A stretch of DNA of 64,000 bases from Burkholderiaceae bacterium (GCA_011525945.1 WYBJ01000316.1:2563-66562); one strand, 5' to 3'; counted from the first letter of the stretch, positions 45,127-56,369 are shown. A program made the numbers and translations. Notes: generated from the sequence alone by a model not told the origin.

Positions 45127-47976
45127 CTACTTACGTGTCTCGATCTGAACCAGCGGTTCGTCGTCGGGTGCGGCTAACGGCGGCCGCCTCAGCCGACGCT
45201 GTTGAACGGGCTCGTCCGTGGATTCGACCGGCTGCTCGGCCGCACGTCGAGCGCCGGGCGAGGTCTCGATCATCACCATGTCGGGCGGAAGCTCGAAGCG
45301 GCGCGGGATACTCGTTTCGCCGCCGGCGGCGTGTGCAGTCGCCGCGAGGCTTGCTCCGGTGCGCGCGGCGCCCGCTCGTTCGATCAGATTGACCGTGGGT
45401 TCGAGGGCGGGTTGCGGCCCTGTTTCGGCTGGTGCTCGTGCCACGGGCTGAGCCGCTTGCGCAAGAGGGTCGGCCGAGGCGGCGGCGATGGGTGCATCCG
45501 GATGTGCTACCGCGGGTGGCTTCGGCTGAAATGATTCTGAGGCTACAAGCGTTTCGCGGGTACTGTCGGCGGGTTCGAGCGCAGACTCTGCGGGGGCGGG
45601 GACTGCCTGCAGCGGCGCCGCACTGAGCGACGCTTCCGATCCGACAGTTCGTTCAATGACCTCCGTGGCCGCGGATTCCGGTTCGCTCGATACGCTCGTC
45701 TCACTTCGCGCCGGACCGGGGCGCTGCTCCACGGGAGGCTCCTGGCGATCACGACGCCCGCGGCGGCGGCGGCTGCGCGTACTGCTTTCGGACGTTCGCT
45801 CTTGCGCTCGTCCTTCAGCCGCGTCTTCGACGACAGCTGCAATCTGCGCTTGCGCGGCGGCGGAGTCGCGTTGCGACGGTCGGTTTGGCGTCTCGTCGCG
45901 CTCGCGACGCGGGCGACGGTCGTCTGGGCCGCGACGATTTTCGCCACGCCGCGGTCGTTGGTCGCGCGCCTGCTCGCTGCGGTTACGCTCCGGCCTGTCG
46001 TGGCGCCCGTTGCGATCACCGCGTTCACTGCGGCGGTGGCGTTCCGGTCGGTCGCCGTGTGCCGGTCGATCGCCGTGTGCCGGCCGCGCCGCTGGCTCGC
46101 TTGCAGGTACGACCTGCACGGGATGCGCCGGCATTTGCGCTACGCTCGCCGATGTTGCAGGTGTGGGTGCTTCCGTATCGTCCGTGCGCTTGAACCAGCC
46201 GAAGATCTTGCGGATGATCGACGGATGATCCTCCCCGGGCGTCGGTGCGGACAACAACGGTGCCGCTTGGGGCTCCGGTGCCGGCAGCGGAGCCTGCCGC
46301 TCGGGCGTGATGCCTTGTACGGCAGCCTGAGGACGTGGCGGCCGCGCCTCCTGTCCGGGGATGCGCAGCACGTCTTGCTCTTCCGGCACCTCAACCATCT
46401 TGTAGGATAGCGGCACTTCGCCCATCTCGTTCGCTTCGTCGTGTCGCACGCGCGCGACGGTGTAGTTGGGCGTCTCGAGGTGGGTGTTGGGAATCAGCAG
46501 GATGCCGACTTTGAGCCGTGCTTCGACGAGATGGATATCGTTGCGCTTCTCGTTCAGCAGAAATGTGGCGACGTCAACCGGCACCTGCGCATGCACGGCC
46601 GCCGTGTTCTCCTTCATCGCCTCCTCCTGAATGATGCGAAGCACATGGAGCGCGGTTGATTCGATCGACCGGATATGGCCCGTGCCATGGCAACGCGGAC
46701 ATGGCTGGTGGGCCGTTTCGCCCAGCGACGGGCGCAACCGCTGGCGCGACAGTTCCATGAGGCCGAAGCGCGATATCTTGCCCATTTGCACGCGCGCGCG
46801 ATCGTAGTGCAGTGCATCGCGCAAGCGGTTCTCGACCTCGCGCTGGTTTCGACTGCTTTCCATGTCGATAAAGTCGATCACGATCAGGCCACCCAGGTCG
46901 CGCAGGCGCAACTGACGCGCGATCTCTTCGGCGGCTTCGGCATTGGTGTTGAAAGCCGTCTGCTCGATGTCGGAACCCCGGGTTGCTCGGGCCGAATTCA
47001 CATCGACCGCCACCAACGCTTCCGTATGGTCGAGCACGATCGCCCCACCCGAGGGTAGCGCGACCTGGCGCGAGTAGGCCGATTCGATCTGGTGCTCGAT
47101 CTGGAAGCGCGAGAATAGCGGGATGTCGTCGCGATAGAATTTGACGCGGTTGATGTTGCCCGGCATGACCGCGGACATGAACGCACGTGCCTGGTCAAAA
47201 ATCTCCTCGGTATCGATCAGGATCTCACCAATCTCCTGATTGAAGTAGTCGCGGATCGCGCGGATGACCAGGCTGCTTTCGAGGAAGATGAGATAGGGCG
47301 CGGGATTTTGACGTTTGCGCTCACGTCCCTGGGATGACTGCGACTCGGCTGCAGGCGCATCCGGTTCGTCGCCGTAGCGCGCAGCGGCGGCTTCCTCGAT
47401 TGCGTGCCAGAGCTTGAGCAGGTAGCTCAGATCCCAGCTCAGCTCATCGGTAGTACGACCGATCGCCGCCGTGCGCGCGATGATGCTCATCCCGATCGGA
47501 ACCTCGAGTTTATCGAGCGCCTCGCGCAACTCCGTGCGCTCGTCGCCTTCGATGCGGCGCGAGACGCCGCCACCGCGCGGGTTGTTGGGCATGAGCACCA
47601 GGTAGCGGCCCGCCAGGCTGATGTAGGTCGTTAGCGCGGCGCCCTTGCTGCCCCGCTCGTCCTTGTCGACCTGAACGACCAGTTCCTGGCCCTCTCGAAG
47701 TGCGTCCTGGATGCGATTACGAGCGCCGTCGCCGTCACCGTTGAAATAGCTGCGAGCGACTTCCTTGAACGGCAAGAAGCCGTGCCGTTCCGCGCCGTAA
47801 TCGATGAACGCGGCCTCGAGGCTGGGCTCGATGCGCGTGATGACGCCTTTGTAAATATTGCCCTTGCGCTGCTCTTTGGCGGAGGACTCGATGTCTAGGT
47901 CGATCAGCTTCTGACCATCGACGATAGCGACGCGCAGCTCCTCCTGCTGGGTCGCGTTGAACAACATTCGTTTCAT
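45127..47976 (-). CDS. rne: Ribonuclease E
   Basis: [24 protein letters not shown]...[23 protein letters not shown]1/catalytic N-terminal half, the CPRCHGTG zinc link, and a long Arg/Pro/Glu-rich low-complexity C-terminal scaffold. ATG 47976 was chosen as the start. Confidence 0.95.
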   Translation of the reverse strand: MKRMLFNATQQEELRVAIVDGQKLIDLDIESSAKEQRKGNIYKGVITRIEPSLEAAFIDYGAERHGFLPFKEVARSYFNGDGDGARNRIQDALREGQELVVQVDKDERGSKGAALTTYISLAGRYLVLMPNNPRGGGVSRRIEGDERTELREALDKLEVPIGMSIIARTAAIGRTTDELSWDLSYLLKLWHAIEEAAAARYGDEPDAPAAESQSSQGRERKRQNPAPYLIFLESSLVIRAIRDYFNQEIGEILIDTEEIFDQARAFMSAVMPGNINRVKFYRDDIPLFSRFQIEHQIESAYSRQVALPSGGAIVLDHTEALVAVDVNSARATRGSDIEQTAFNTNAEAAEEIARQLRLRDLGGLIVIDFIDMESSRNQREVENRLRDALHYDRARVQMGKISRFGLMELSRQRLRPSLGETAHQPCPRCHGTGHIRSIESTALHVLRIIQEEAMKENTAAVHAQVPVDVATFLLNEKRNDIHLVEARLKVGILLIPNTHLETPNYTVARVRHDEANEMGEVPLSYKMVEVPEEQDVLRIPGQEARPPRPQAAVQGITPERQAPLPAPEPQAAPLLSAPTPGEDHPSIIRKIFGWFKRTDDTEAPTPATSASVAQMPAHPVQVVPASEPAARPAHGDRPAHGDRPERHRRSERGDRNGRHDRPERNRSEQARDQRPRRGENRRGPDDRRPRRERDETPNRPSQRDSAAAQAQIAAVVEDAAEGRAQERTSESSTRSRRRRGRRDRQEPPVEQRPGPARSETSVSSEPESAATEVIERTVGSEASLSAAPLQAVPAPAESALEPADSTRETLVASESFQPKPPAVAHPDAPIAAASADPLAQAAQPVARAPAETGPQPALEPTVNLIERAGAARTGASLAATAHAAGGETSIPRRFELPPDMVMIETSPGARRAAEQPVESTDEPVQQRRLRRPPLAAPDDEPLVQIETRK
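46050..46085 (-). repeat. Tandem 18-nt duplication inside the rne C-terminal scaffold (encodes RPAHGD x2)
   Basis: ggtcgccgtgtgccggtc / gatcgccgtgtgccggcc, with 16/18 bases identical. It lies in-frame within the Arg-rich segment. Confidence 0.7.
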
Positions 47977-48404
47977 CGTACTACCCGCTCCCGCGCCGAG
48001 CCCGGGAGGCAAGACCGAAGTGCTGTTGCCGAAACGCCAGCGGCAGCTATCCGTCGATCAGCGACTTGAAAGTGAATTCAGGCGTTGGGATCTCGCATGG
48101 AGATTGGACTGGATCGGTCTGCCGTTGGAATCCTGCCCGCATAGGTGGCAAGATCGGGGGGCGTATCTGGCGCGTTCAAAGTGTGTGTGCCGCTGCTTCG
48201 GGGTGAGCGGATGTAACCCGGTGTGAAACATGCGGCCGAACCGCGGTCAAGCGGACGTGGCGCCCATTCTCATCTTCTTGCGCGTCACATCGCTGTCGCC
48301 GGAAGAGCGTTACAGCCGAATGCCCCGTCGTGGCCTACCGCTCTGACTTGCTCGTCCGCCTGGCGCGATCGGCGCCGGGTGAGGCGGCGCTAGTATAGGC
48401 ATAA
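47977..48404 (-). promoter_or_regulatory. rne/rluC divergent control region containing a probable long rne 5' leader
   Basis: A 428-bp non-coding gap lies between the divergent rne and rluC genes. E. coli rne has a long autoregulated leader in the same arrangement. No boundaries or structure were verified here. Confidence 0.35.
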
Positions 48405-49352
48405 ATGAAGCGTTTGAGCAAAGATTCAGCAACCTGGGTAGAAGCCGACGAGACCGTTGCGGGGCAGCGTGTGGACAATATGCTGCTGCGGGTGCTAAGA
48501 GGCGTCCCGCGCCAGCATGTCTACCAGCTCGTCCGAACCGGCCAGGTTCGGGTCAATAGCGCCCGGGTAGAGCCGACATATCGCCTGCAAGCGGGTGACC
48601 GCATCCGTATTCCACCCGTACGGGTTGTGCCACGAGCGCCACCGGATACAGCTCGCGCGCCCTCGGCCCGGTTTCAGGCGGTTATCGTCCACGAAGACGA
48701 CTACCTGCTCGCCATCGACAAACCGGCCGGGGTTGCGGTGCATGGCGGCAGCGGCATTTCGCGCGGCGTCATCGAGGAGATGCGCCTGGCGCGGCCGCGC
48801 CTCAAGTTTCTGGAACTGGTGCACCGGCTCGACCGCGACACCTCCGGCATCCTACTGCTCGCCAAGAAGCGCACCGCCTTGGTGGCGCTGCATGCCGCCA
48901 TGCGCGCGGGCGCGGTGCGCAAGCTCTACACGCTTCTGGTCCAGGGCTTATTCATGCACTCCGTGCTCGAAGTCGACGTTGCGCTGGAGAAGTACCTGTT
49001 GCCGGGCGGCGACCGGCGCGTCAAGGCGGGCAGTCGGGGACTCGCCGCACGCACCGTGTTCACGTTCGGGCGTCACATTGGCGGTTACAGCTTGCTGCAC
49101 GCGGAGCTGGTCACGGGACGTACCCATCAGATTCGCGTGCACGCCGCGCACATCGGCCACCCCATCGCGGGCGACGACAAGTACGGTGATTTCGCGGCCA
49201 ACAAGGCGATCGCGCGCGAAGGTCTGAAGCGCATGTTTCTGCACGCGACCCGGATCGAGCTGGCCCATCCCGCAACCGGCGAACCGCTCGCTTTGCGCTC
49301 GCCGCTCCCGCCCGAGCTGAGCACCTTCCTCAATCGATTGGAACGGCCCTGA
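48405..49352 (+). CDS. rluC: 23S rRNA pseudouridine synthase, RluA family (RluC-like) with N-terminal S4 domain
   Basis: S4-like N-terminus (RVDNMLLRVL...VRVNSARV) and the catalytic HRLDRDTSGILLLAKK and TGRTHQIRVH motifs. The gene is divergent from rne, as in E. coli. Confidence 0.88.
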   Translation: MKRLSKDSATWVEADETVAGQRVDNMLLRVLRGVPRQHVYQLVRTGQVRVNSARVEPTYRLQAGDRIRIPPVRVVPRAPPDTARAPSARFQAVIVHEDDYLLAIDKPAGVAVHGGSGISRGVIEEMRLARPRLKFLELVHRLDRDTSGILLLAKKRTALVALHAAMRAGAVRKLYTLLVQGLFMHSVLEVDVALEKYLLPGGDRRVKAGSRGLAARTVFTFGRHIGGYSLLHAELVTGRTHQIRVHAAHIGHPIAGDDKYGDFAANKAIAREGLKRMFLHATRIELAHPATGEPLALRSPLPPELSTFLNRLERP

Positions 49353-49491
49353 GGCTGCGCCGGATGAGCGCGTCGTGCAGTGCGCGGGCCGGCGTGCCGT
49401 GGCGCGGCGCGAGCACCGGCAACGGCCGCAAGCTGCAAGGCGTTACGCGGTATACTGCGACTCTTTCTCGAAGGCCCCGCCTGTTCGACCT

Positions 49492-50466
49492 ATGCCACAC
49501 GATTCGCCGCCACCGGTCGCCGGAGAGCCTCACTGGGAGCGTGCCGCCCTGGAGAAAGTCGCGCTCGCGTCATTGCGCGAGCAGCAGCGTTCGCGCCGCT
49601 GGGGCATATTCTTCAAACTGCTTGGCTTCATTTACCTGTTCGCACTGCTGTTCGTCGCACTCGGTTGGCTCGGCAAGCGCGACGGCGTGTCGCCCGCTCG
49701 CCACACAGCGGTGGTCGAGATCAACGGCCTGATTGCGTCCGACCACCCGGGGGCGGCGGAGAACATCACGGCGGGATTGCAGGAAGCCTTCAAGGACAAG
49801 GCGACTCAGGGCGTGGTGTTGCGCATCAACAGCCCGGGCGGAAGTCCGGTGCAGGCCGCACAGATCAACGACGAGATCCGCCGGCTGCGCGAGAAGTATC
49901 CCAACACGCCGCTCTACGCAGTGGTGGAGGATATCTGCGCGTCGGGTGGCTATTACGTTGCGGCGGCAAGTGATAAGATTTTCGTCAACGAATCGAGCAT
50001 TGTGGGCTCGATCGGCGTACTGATGGACGGCTTCGGCTTTGCAACTGTGCTGGACAAGCTCGGCATCGAGCGACGCTTGTTGACCGCTGGGGAAAACAAA
50101 GGCTTTCTAGACCCGTTCTCGCCGCTACAACCGGCGCAGAAAGAGCACGCGCAGAAGATGCTCAATGCCATTCACCAACAGTTCATCAAGGTGGTGCGCG
50201 AGGGTCGCGGGAATCGATTGAAGGAGACCCCGGACACCTTCAGTGGCCTCATGTGGACCGGTCAGGAAAGCATCAATATGGGCCTTGCCGATGCGCTCGG
50301 CAGCGTCCAGTACGTCGCGCGCGAGGTTATCAAGGCTGAAGATCTGGTCGATTTCACCCCGCGCGAGAACATCGCGGAGCGCGTTGCCAAGCGCTTCGGC
50401 GCCGCCATGGCGCAAGCGCTGGTGCGAGCCGGCATGACGACATCGGGCCGCGTGATGCTGCACTGA
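49492..50466 (+). CDS. sppA: Signal peptide peptidase SppA, 36K type (S49 family)
   Basis: N-terminal TM segment (WGIFFKLLGFIYLFALLFV), then VVLRINSPGGSPV...ASGGYYVAAA.DKI...GSIGV. ATG 49492 was chosen as the start; the track ORF begins at 49375. Confidence 0.88.
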   Translation: MPHDSPPPVAGEPHWERAALEKVALASLREQQRSRRWGIFFKLLGFIYLFALLFVALGWLGKRDGVSPARHTAVVEINGLIASDHPGAAENITAGLQEAFKDKATQGVVLRINSPGGSPVQAAQINDEIRRLREKYPNTPLYAVVEDICASGGYYVAAASDKIFVNESSIVGSIGVLMDGFGFATVLDKLGIERRLLTAGENKGFLDPFSPLQPAQKEHAQKMLNAIHQQFIKVVREGRGNRLKETPDTFSGLMWTGQESINMGLADALGSVQYVAREVIKAEDLVDFTPRENIAERVAKRFGAAMAQALVRAGMTTSGRVMLH

Positions 50467-50498
50467 AGGCGCGGCGACGATCATCGGTGCGCCGGGGG

Positions 50499-51266
50499 TT
50501 ATTCTCGCTGTCTCGCTCGATTGCCGATTGATGCGACGGAGTTGCCGCCGTGCATACGTGCCGGGGAACCCAGCAAGAAAACGGTCGGACGCCGATTGAT
50601 GTCGGGGTGATCGGCGCGCCAGCGCTCGATGGTGCGCGTGACGACCGATTGCGTGGGCAAGGTTAAATCGCTTGCGAGGCAGAGCAGCGTTTCGGGTGCG
50701 CACACGCTAAGCAGCGCCTGCAACAGTCTGTTGTTCCGGTACGGCGCCTCGATCATGATCTGCGTCTCCTGGCGCTCGCGGGCAGCGTGCTCGAGGACGC
50801 GCAGGCTGCGCTCGCGTCGCGCGGCTTCCACCGGCAGATAACCCTGAAAGCGGAACCGTTGGCCGTTCAGTCCCGATGCCATCAACGCGAGCAGAATCGA
50901 GGATGGCCCCACCAGGGGTAGCACTCGAATCGCGTTCGCATGCGCCAAGCGGACCAGTTTCGCCCCAGGGTCGGCGACGGCGGGGCAACCGCAATCGGAC
51001 ACGACGCCAATATCGTTGCCGGCGAGCGCCGGCGCAAGTAGGCCGGGCAGGCGGCTTTCGGGCGTGTGCTCGTCCAGTACGTCGATATGAAGCTTTCGGC
51101 CGGCCAGCATAATCCCAGCAAGCTTCAGGAAGCGCCGTGCCTGCTTGGGCGTTTCGACCACCAGGTAATCGAGCCGCCGCAGGACGGCGAGCGTCGCGCT
51201 CGGCAGCGTCTCGATCGGCGCCGCATCGCCGAGCACGCTGGGCACGAGATATAGTGTCGCCGACAC
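50499..51266 (-). CDS. SAM-dependent tetrapyrrole-methylase-fold methyltransferase (RsmI-like)
   Basis: LYLVPSVLGD...DIGVVSDCGCPAVADPGAKLV...PLVGPSSILLALMASGLNGQRFRFQGYLP matches the RsmI/YraL-type fold. Confidence 0.75.
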   Translation of the reverse strand: MSATLYLVPSVLGDAAPIETLPSATLAVLRRLDYLVVETPKQARRFLKLAGIMLAGRKLHIDVLDEHTPESRLPGLLAPALAGNDIGVVSDCGCPAVADPGAKLVRLAHANAIRVLPLVGPSSILLALMASGLNGQRFRFQGYLPVEAARRERSLRVLEHAARERQETQIMIEAPYRNNRLLQALLSVCAPETLLCLASDLTLPTQSVVTRTIERWRADHPDINRRPTVFLLGSPARMHGGNSVASIGNRARQRE

Positions 51267-51295
51267 CGTGGTCGAAGGGGTGAAAATATCCGGAT

Positions 51296-51904
51296 TCAGA
51301 GCGGGCGCAGGCCCTCGGCTGCCAGCAGTTCGACCAGCGCGATCAACGGCAGGCCGAGCAGGGCAGAGGGATCATCACTGCGCACGCGCTTGACCAGAGC
51401 GATGCCGAGCCCTTCGATACGCGCGCTACCGGCACAGTCATAAGGCTGATCCGCCTGGAGATACTTCTCGATTACTTCCGGGGCCAGAACCCGGAAGCGG
51501 ACCTCGGTGGGCACCAGCGCGGTTCGTTCGCTCGCACAGGCGGCATTGTGCACGCACACCGCGGTGTGAAACACGACCGTTCGTCCGCTCATCGCCCGCA
51601 GCTGTGCAACCGCACCCGCATGATCGAGTGGCTTGCTGAACGAGCAACACCCATCGAGGCTGGCGACCTGGTCGGAGCCGATAATGAGGCTTTGCGGAAA
51701 GCGCGGTACGAGCGCACGTGCTTTCTGGCAGGCGAGCCGCATCGCCATGGCAGCGGGGGCTTCATCCACGAGCGGGGACTCGTCGATGTCCGGTGCGCAC
51801 ACGCTGAAGCGCAGCCGCAACTGCTCCAGCAGGGCTTTGCGATAACGCGACCCGGATGCCAGTACGAGTTCGTTCTCACTCGAAAACGTCATGATTTTTG
51901 ACAC
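51296..51904 (-). CDS. maf: Maf-like nucleoside triphosphate pyrophosphatase (YceF-type)
   Basis: LVLASGSRYRKALLEQL...GSDQV...YLQADQPYDCAGSARIEGLG. The gene is divergent from yceD-rpmF, as E. coli yceF is. Confidence 0.88.
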   Translation of the reverse strand: MSKIMTFSSENELVLASGSRYRKALLEQLRLRFSVCAPDIDESPLVDEAPAAMAMRLACQKARALVPRFPQSLIIGSDQVASLDGCCSFSKPLDHAGAVAQLRAMSGRTVVFHTAVCVHNAACASERTALVPTEVRFRVLAPEVIEKYLQADQPYDCAGSARIEGLGIALVKRVRSDDPSALLGLPLIALVELLAAEGLRPL

Positions 51905-51935
51905 GAATTCGCGAAGATAATATCATCGCCCGCCT

Positions 51936-52433
51936 ATGGCGGAGCAGGCGCTGATCGACGCCCTGAGGTTCGCGCGCGAGGGACAACGCCTTGTCGGCGA
52001 ATTGGATTTAGCGGCGATGCCGAGGCTACACGACAGTGTCGTCGAGGCGACCGGGCGCGTGCACTATGTGCTGAGCGGGCTGACCGATCGGAGTGGTGAT
52101 CCGGTTATCGAAGTGAACGTGCGCGGGACCATTCCGCTGCTGTGTCAGCGATGTCTCGAACGCATGGACTACGCACTGGACCGCACGACGCGGCTCGCCT
52201 TGGTGGCCGAGGTGGCGCGTTTGCCGGATGTGGCCGAAGAGGCGCCCGACACGGAGGCAATTGCAGCCGAGGACGTGTCGAACGTCGCCGACTTGATCGA
52301 GCAGGAGGTATTGCTCGGGTTGCCGTTGGCGCCGATGCACGCCCAGACCTGTATCGCGGCACGGATTGCTGACGACGCGAGAATCGAATCTCCTTTTGCG
52401 GCTTTACGGACACTGAAGCAGAAGCAGCGGTAA
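51936..52433 (+). CDS. yceD: YceD family (DUF177) large ribosomal subunit accumulation protein
   Basis: 165 aa with a CQRCLE...D.EA...ED cysteine/acidic pattern, located immediately upstream of rpmF. Confidence 0.85.
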   Translation: MAEQALIDALRFAREGQRLVGELDLAAMPRLHDSVVEATGRVHYVLSGLTDRSGDPVIEVNVRGTIPLLCQRCLERMDYALDRTTRLALVAEVARLPDVAEEAPDTEAIAAEDVSNVADLIEQEVLLGLPLAPMHAQTCIAARIADDARIESPFAALRTLKQKQR

Positions 52434-52486
52434 TTTTCTTGCGCGCCCTGCCGCGCAGGCCGATTTCATGAGATCAGGAGTCGTTC

Positions 52487-52666
52487 ATGGCAGTTCAACA
52501 GAACAAGAAGTCGCCGTCCAAGCGGGGCATGCATCGTTCGCACGATGCGTTGCCGCTACCAGGCCTGGCGGTGGAGCCGACCACGGGTGAAGTACACTTG
52601 CGTCATCATGTGAGTCCGACCGGATACTATCGCGGCAAGAAGGTGATCAAGACCAAGTCGGACTAG
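52487..52666 (+). CDS. rpmF: 50S ribosomal protein L32
   Basis: Not in the ORF track (59 aa). ATG 52487 to TAG 52664-52666 translates to [59 protein letters not shown]. Confidence 0.95.
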   Translation: MAVQQNKKSPSKRGMHRSHDALPLPGLAVEPTTGEVHLRHHVSPTGYYRGKKVIKTKSD

Positions 52667-52693
52667 GGCGAGCGCTTCGCGACCAGGGCCGCG

Positions 52694-53710
52694 ATGGACG
52701 TCACGGTCGCAGTCGATTGCATGGGTGGGGACCACGGTCCTCACGTCACCGTTCCGGCCGCCATGGCGGCCATCGGCGGGCGCTCCGATGTCGACCTTGT
52801 ACTTGTCGGATTGCGCGATGCAATCGAGGCGGAGCTGAGGGCTCGCGGGGCGCAGCCGAGCACGCGGCTGCGCATCCATCACGCATCGGAAATCATTGCG
52901 ATGAACGAGCCGATCGCCTCGGCGTTGCGCTCGAAGCGCGACTCTTCCATGCGCGTCGCGGTCAATCTGGTGAAAAGCGGCGAAGCTCAGGCGTGCGTGA
53001 GCGCCGGCAATACGGGCGCATTGATGGCTGTCTCGCGCTTCGTGCTGCGCATGCTGCCCGGAATCGAGCGCCCGCCGATCGCAACCGTTCTGCCGACAAT
53101 GAAAGGCCATGTCACGGTCCTGGATCTGGGGGCGAACGTCGATTGCACGCCGCACGATCTACTGCAGTTCGGGATCATGGGTGCAACCTTGGTGTCCGTG
53201 TTGGAGCACACTGAGCGTCCGAGCGTCGGTTTGCTCAACATCGGCGAAGAAGACATCAAGGGCAATGACGTGGTGAAGCGGGCGGGGGATTTGTTGCGCG
53301 TGAGCGGGCTCAATTTCTACGGCAATGTCGAAGGCGACGACATCTACAAGGGGACGACCGATGTGGTCGTGTGCGACGGTTTCGTCGGTAATGTTGCGCT
53401 CAAGACCTCCGAGGGGCTTGCCCAGATGCTGAGCGTTTTTTTGCGCGAAGAGTTCACGCGCGGCCCGTACAGCAAGCTTGCCGCTCTGGTTGCGCATCCG
53501 GTCCTGAATGCGTTCAAGCGTCGCGTGGATCATCGCCGCTACAATGGAGCAAGTCTGCTGGGTCTGCGCGGGATTGTCATCAAGAGCCATGGATCGGCCG
53601 ATGTGGTCGCCTTCGAGCATGCGATCCACCGCGCCTCGGATGCCGTCCGCAACGGCCTGATGGCCAAGATCGCCGAGCGCATCGCCTTGGCCGAACGGGG
53701 TGCAGCGTGA
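52694..53710 (+). CDS. plsX: Phosphate acyltransferase PlsX
   Basis: [12 protein letters not shown]..., [10 protein letters not shown] and [15 protein letters not shown] motifs. Confidence 0.95.
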   Translation: MDVTVAVDCMGGDHGPHVTVPAAMAAIGGRSDVDLVLVGLRDAIEAELRARGAQPSTRLRIHHASEIIAMNEPIASALRSKRDSSMRVAVNLVKSGEAQACVSAGNTGALMAVSRFVLRMLPGIERPPIATVLPTMKGHVTVLDLGANVDCTPHDLLQFGIMGATLVSVLEHTERPSVGLLNIGEEDIKGNDVVKRAGDLLRVSGLNFYGNVEGDDIYKGTTDVVVCDGFVGNVALKTSEGLAQMLSVFLREEFTRGPYSKLAALVAHPVLNAFKRRVDHRRYNGASLLGLRGIVIKSHGSADVVAFEHAIHRASDAVRNGLMAKIAERIALAERGAA

Positions 53711-54672
53711 GTTTGAGTTATTCACGCATCGTTGGCTGCGGCGGCTACCTGCCGGCGAAGATCGTCAGCAACGACGAGCTCGCCCGTACGGTCGATACTT
53801 CCGATGAGTGGATCTTCAGTCGCACCGGGATCAAGCAGCGCCATATTGCAGCCGACGGCGAACTGACGAGCGACCTTGCGTTGGAGGCGAGCCGCAGCGC
53901 TTTGGCGGCCGCCGGGATTCCGTCCTCGGCAGTCGATCTGATTATCGTTGCCACAACGACACCCGACGTGATCTTTCCCAGTACGGCCTGCATACTGCAA
54001 GCGAAGCTCGGCGCCGGGACGGGCGCGGCATTCGACGTGCAGGCCGTGTGCAGTGGGTTCATGTACGCCCTGGCCACGGCCGATGCGATGATGCGCACTG
54101 GCGCCTTCCGCAATGCCTTGGTCGTGGGGGCCGAGATCTACTCGCGTATCCTCGACTGGAAGGATCGGTCGACTTGCGTGCTGTTCGGCGATGGTGCAGG
54201 CGCCATGGTGCTCACGCGCAGTGAGGCGCCGGGAATCCTCGGCAGCCGCCTGCACGCCGACGGACGTTATCGTGACATACTTGCCGTGCCGGGCAGCGTG
54301 CGCGGTGGCGAAGTGTGCGGCTCGCCTTACCTCACGATGGACGGCAATGCAGTATTCAAGTTCGCAGTCAAGGTTCTTGGAGAGGTCGTCGACGAGACGC
54401 TCGCCGCACACGGCTTCGAGCGCTCGCAGCTCGACTGGCTCATTCCGCATCAGGCCAATATCCGGATCATTCAGGCCACAGCGCGACGCCTGGGGATACC
54501 GATGCAGAAGATCGTCGTGACCGTCGACCGGCATGCGAATACCTCCGCTGCTTCCATACCACTGGCGTACGACGTGGCCGTGCGCGACGGGCGCATCCGG
54601 CCTGGACAGTTGGTGCTGATGGAGGGGGTGGGCGGCGGTTTTACCTGGGGTGCGGTGCTCGCCCGGGTGTGA
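53707..54672 (+). CDS. fabH: 3-oxoacyl-ACP synthase III
   Basis: TSDEWI..RTGI..R, the active-site region [16 protein letters not shown] and GGGFTWGA. The GTG start overlaps the plsX stop. Confidence 0.95.
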   Translation: MSLSYSRIVGCGGYLPAKIVSNDELARTVDTSDEWIFSRTGIKQRHIAADGELTSDLALEASRSALAAAGIPSSAVDLIIVATTTPDVIFPSTACILQAKLGAGTGAAFDVQAVCSGFMYALATADAMMRTGAFRNALVVGAEIYSRILDWKDRSTCVLFGDGAGAMVLTRSEAPGILGSRLHADGRYRDILAVPGSVRGGEVCGSPYLTMDGNAVFKFAVKVLGEVVDETLAAHGFERSQLDWLIPHQANIRIIQATARRLGIPMQKIVVTVDRHANTSAASIPLAYDVAVRDGRIRPGQLVLMEGVGGGFTWGAVLARV

Positions 54673-54679
54673 GATCACG

Positions 54680-55618
54680 ATGATGGCATATGCATTGATA
54701 TTTCCGGGTCAAGGTTCGCAGTCGGTGGGCATGATGAGCGGCTTTGCCGACAATGCCGCCGTGCGCGCGACCTTCGAGGAGGCGAGCGAGGTGCTCGGGT
54801 ACGACATGTGGCGGCTCGCCCAGGACGGTCCGGAGCAAGAGCAGAATCTCACCGTCAACACCCAGCCGTTGATGCTGACCGCCGGCGTGGCGGTGTATCG
54901 CGCATGGACACACGCAGGCGGACGCCAGCCGAGCGTGCTCGCGGGGCACAGCCTTGGGGAGTATTCTGCCTGGGTCGCGTCGGGCGCACTGCAATTTCGC
55001 TCTGCGCTGCCGCTGGTACGGCTGCGCGCGCTGGCGATGCAGGAGGCGGTGCCGGTCGGCACGGGTGCGATGGCCGCCATCCTTGGTCTGTCGGACGATC
55101 TGGTGGGAGCGGCGTGCGCCGAGGCGACGCAAGGCGAGGTGGTGGAGGCGGTAAATTTCAACGCACCGCAGCAGGTGGTGATCGCAGGCCATCGGGCCGC
55201 GGTCGAACGCGCCGCGGCGATCGCCAAGAACAAAGGCGCCAAGCGTGCGTTGATGTTGCCGGTGAGCGCGCCGTTTCATTCCTCTCTGCTTGCTCCCGCG
55301 GCGGAGCGCCTTGCGCAGGCATTGGCGCACATCGACCTGTGCGCCCCGAGCGTGCCGGTAGTGAACAATGTCGATGCCGCCGAGGTTGCTACCCCTGCCG
55401 AGATCCGCAGCGCGTTGGCTCGCCAGGCCTGTCGACCTGTACGCTGGGTCGAGAGTGTACGTCGCATCGCGGCGACACCGGTGCGTTGCATCATCGAATG
55501 CGGACCTGGCCGGGTATTGGCGGGATTGACGCGTAGGATCGCGCCGCAGGTGGAATCGGCCGCATTGACCGACGAAGTCGCGCTCGCGCAGGCGCACGAG
55601 ACGATGGCGCATGATTGA
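54680..55618 (+). CDS. fabD: Malonyl CoA-ACP transacylase
   Basis: MMAYALIFPGQGSQSVGM..., the GHSLGEYSA nucleophile motif and SAPFHSSLL. The track ORF starts at 54650. Confidence 0.95.
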   Translation: MMAYALIFPGQGSQSVGMMSGFADNAAVRATFEEASEVLGYDMWRLAQDGPEQEQNLTVNTQPLMLTAGVAVYRAWTHAGGRQPSVLAGHSLGEYSAWVASGALQFRSALPLVRLRALAMQEAVPVGTGAMAAILGLSDDLVGAACAEATQGEVVEAVNFNAPQQVVIAGHRAAVERAAAIAKNKGAKRALMLPVSAPFHSSLLAPAAERLAQALAHIDLCAPSVPVVNNVDAAEVATPAEIRSALARQACRPVRWVESVRRIAATPVRCIIECGPGRVLAGLTRRIAPQVESAALTDEVALAQAHETMAHD

Positions 55619-56369
55619 ACGATCCGCCATACCGCATGGCCATGTCGCGCTGATCACGGGTGCGAGCCGAGGCATCGGCCGCGCCATCGCTTTGGAGCTC
55701 GGGCGCCTTGGTGCCATCGTCGCCGGCACTGCGACCTCGGCGGCCGGGGCTGCTTCCATCGGCGACTATCTCGCCCAGGCCGGTCTGCGAGGCGCGGGTT
55801 TCGCCATGGACGTAACTCGCGCCGAGGAGGTCGAACGCGTATTCGCCGACGTTTGCTCGCAGTTTGGCGAGGTTACAGTTCTGGTCAACAACGCAGGGAT
55901 TACGCGTGACAATCTGCTACTGCGCATGCGCGAAGACGAATGGCAAACGGTGATCGATACCGATCTGACCGCCGCCTATCGCTTATGCAAGCTTGCGATT
56001 CGTCCGATGATGAAGGCGCGCTGCGGTCGTATCGTCAATATCGCATCGGTGGTCGGCGTCATGGGTAATGCGGGGCAGAGCAACTATTGTGCGGCCAAGG
56101 CGGGTCTGATCGGTTTCACCAAGGCGCTGGCACGCGAGGTCGGCAGCCGCGCGATCACGGTGAACTGCGTCGCGCCTGGGTTCATCGATACCGATATGAC
56201 CCGCATATTGACCGACGAACAGCGCGCGCAGCTCCTCGCTCACGTGCCGCTCGCGCGCTTCGGCGATGCGGCCGAGGTCGCGGCCTGCGTCGGATTCCTG
56301 GTATCGTCCGGTGCTGCGTATGTCACCGGATGCACGCTGCACGTCAATGGCGGGATGCTGATGGATTGA
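55611..56369 (+). CDS. fabG: 3-oxoacyl-ACP reductase
   Basis: ALITGASRGIGRAIA, NNAGITRD and the YCAAKAG catalytic motif. 8-nt overlap with fabD. Confidence 0.95.
   Translation: MIERSAIPHGHVALITGASRGIGRAIALELGRLGAIVAGTATSAAGAASIGDYLAQAGLRGAGFAMDVTRAEEVERVFADVCSQFGEVTVLVNNAGITRDNLLLRMREDEWQTVIDTDLTAAYRLCKLAIRPMMKARCGRIVNIASVVGVMGNAGQSNYCAAKAGLIGFTKALAREVGSRAITVNCVAPGFIDTDMTRILTDEQRAQLLAHVPLARFGDAAEVAACVGFLVSSGAAYVTGCTLHVNGGMLMD

Noticed and set aside
49440-49460. tatact hexamers upstream of sppA (49451-49456) and upstream of the PrpF-family gene as promoters.
   Set aside because: No acceptable -35 element lies at 16-18 nt spacing. Isolated hexamer matches are too weak to report as features.
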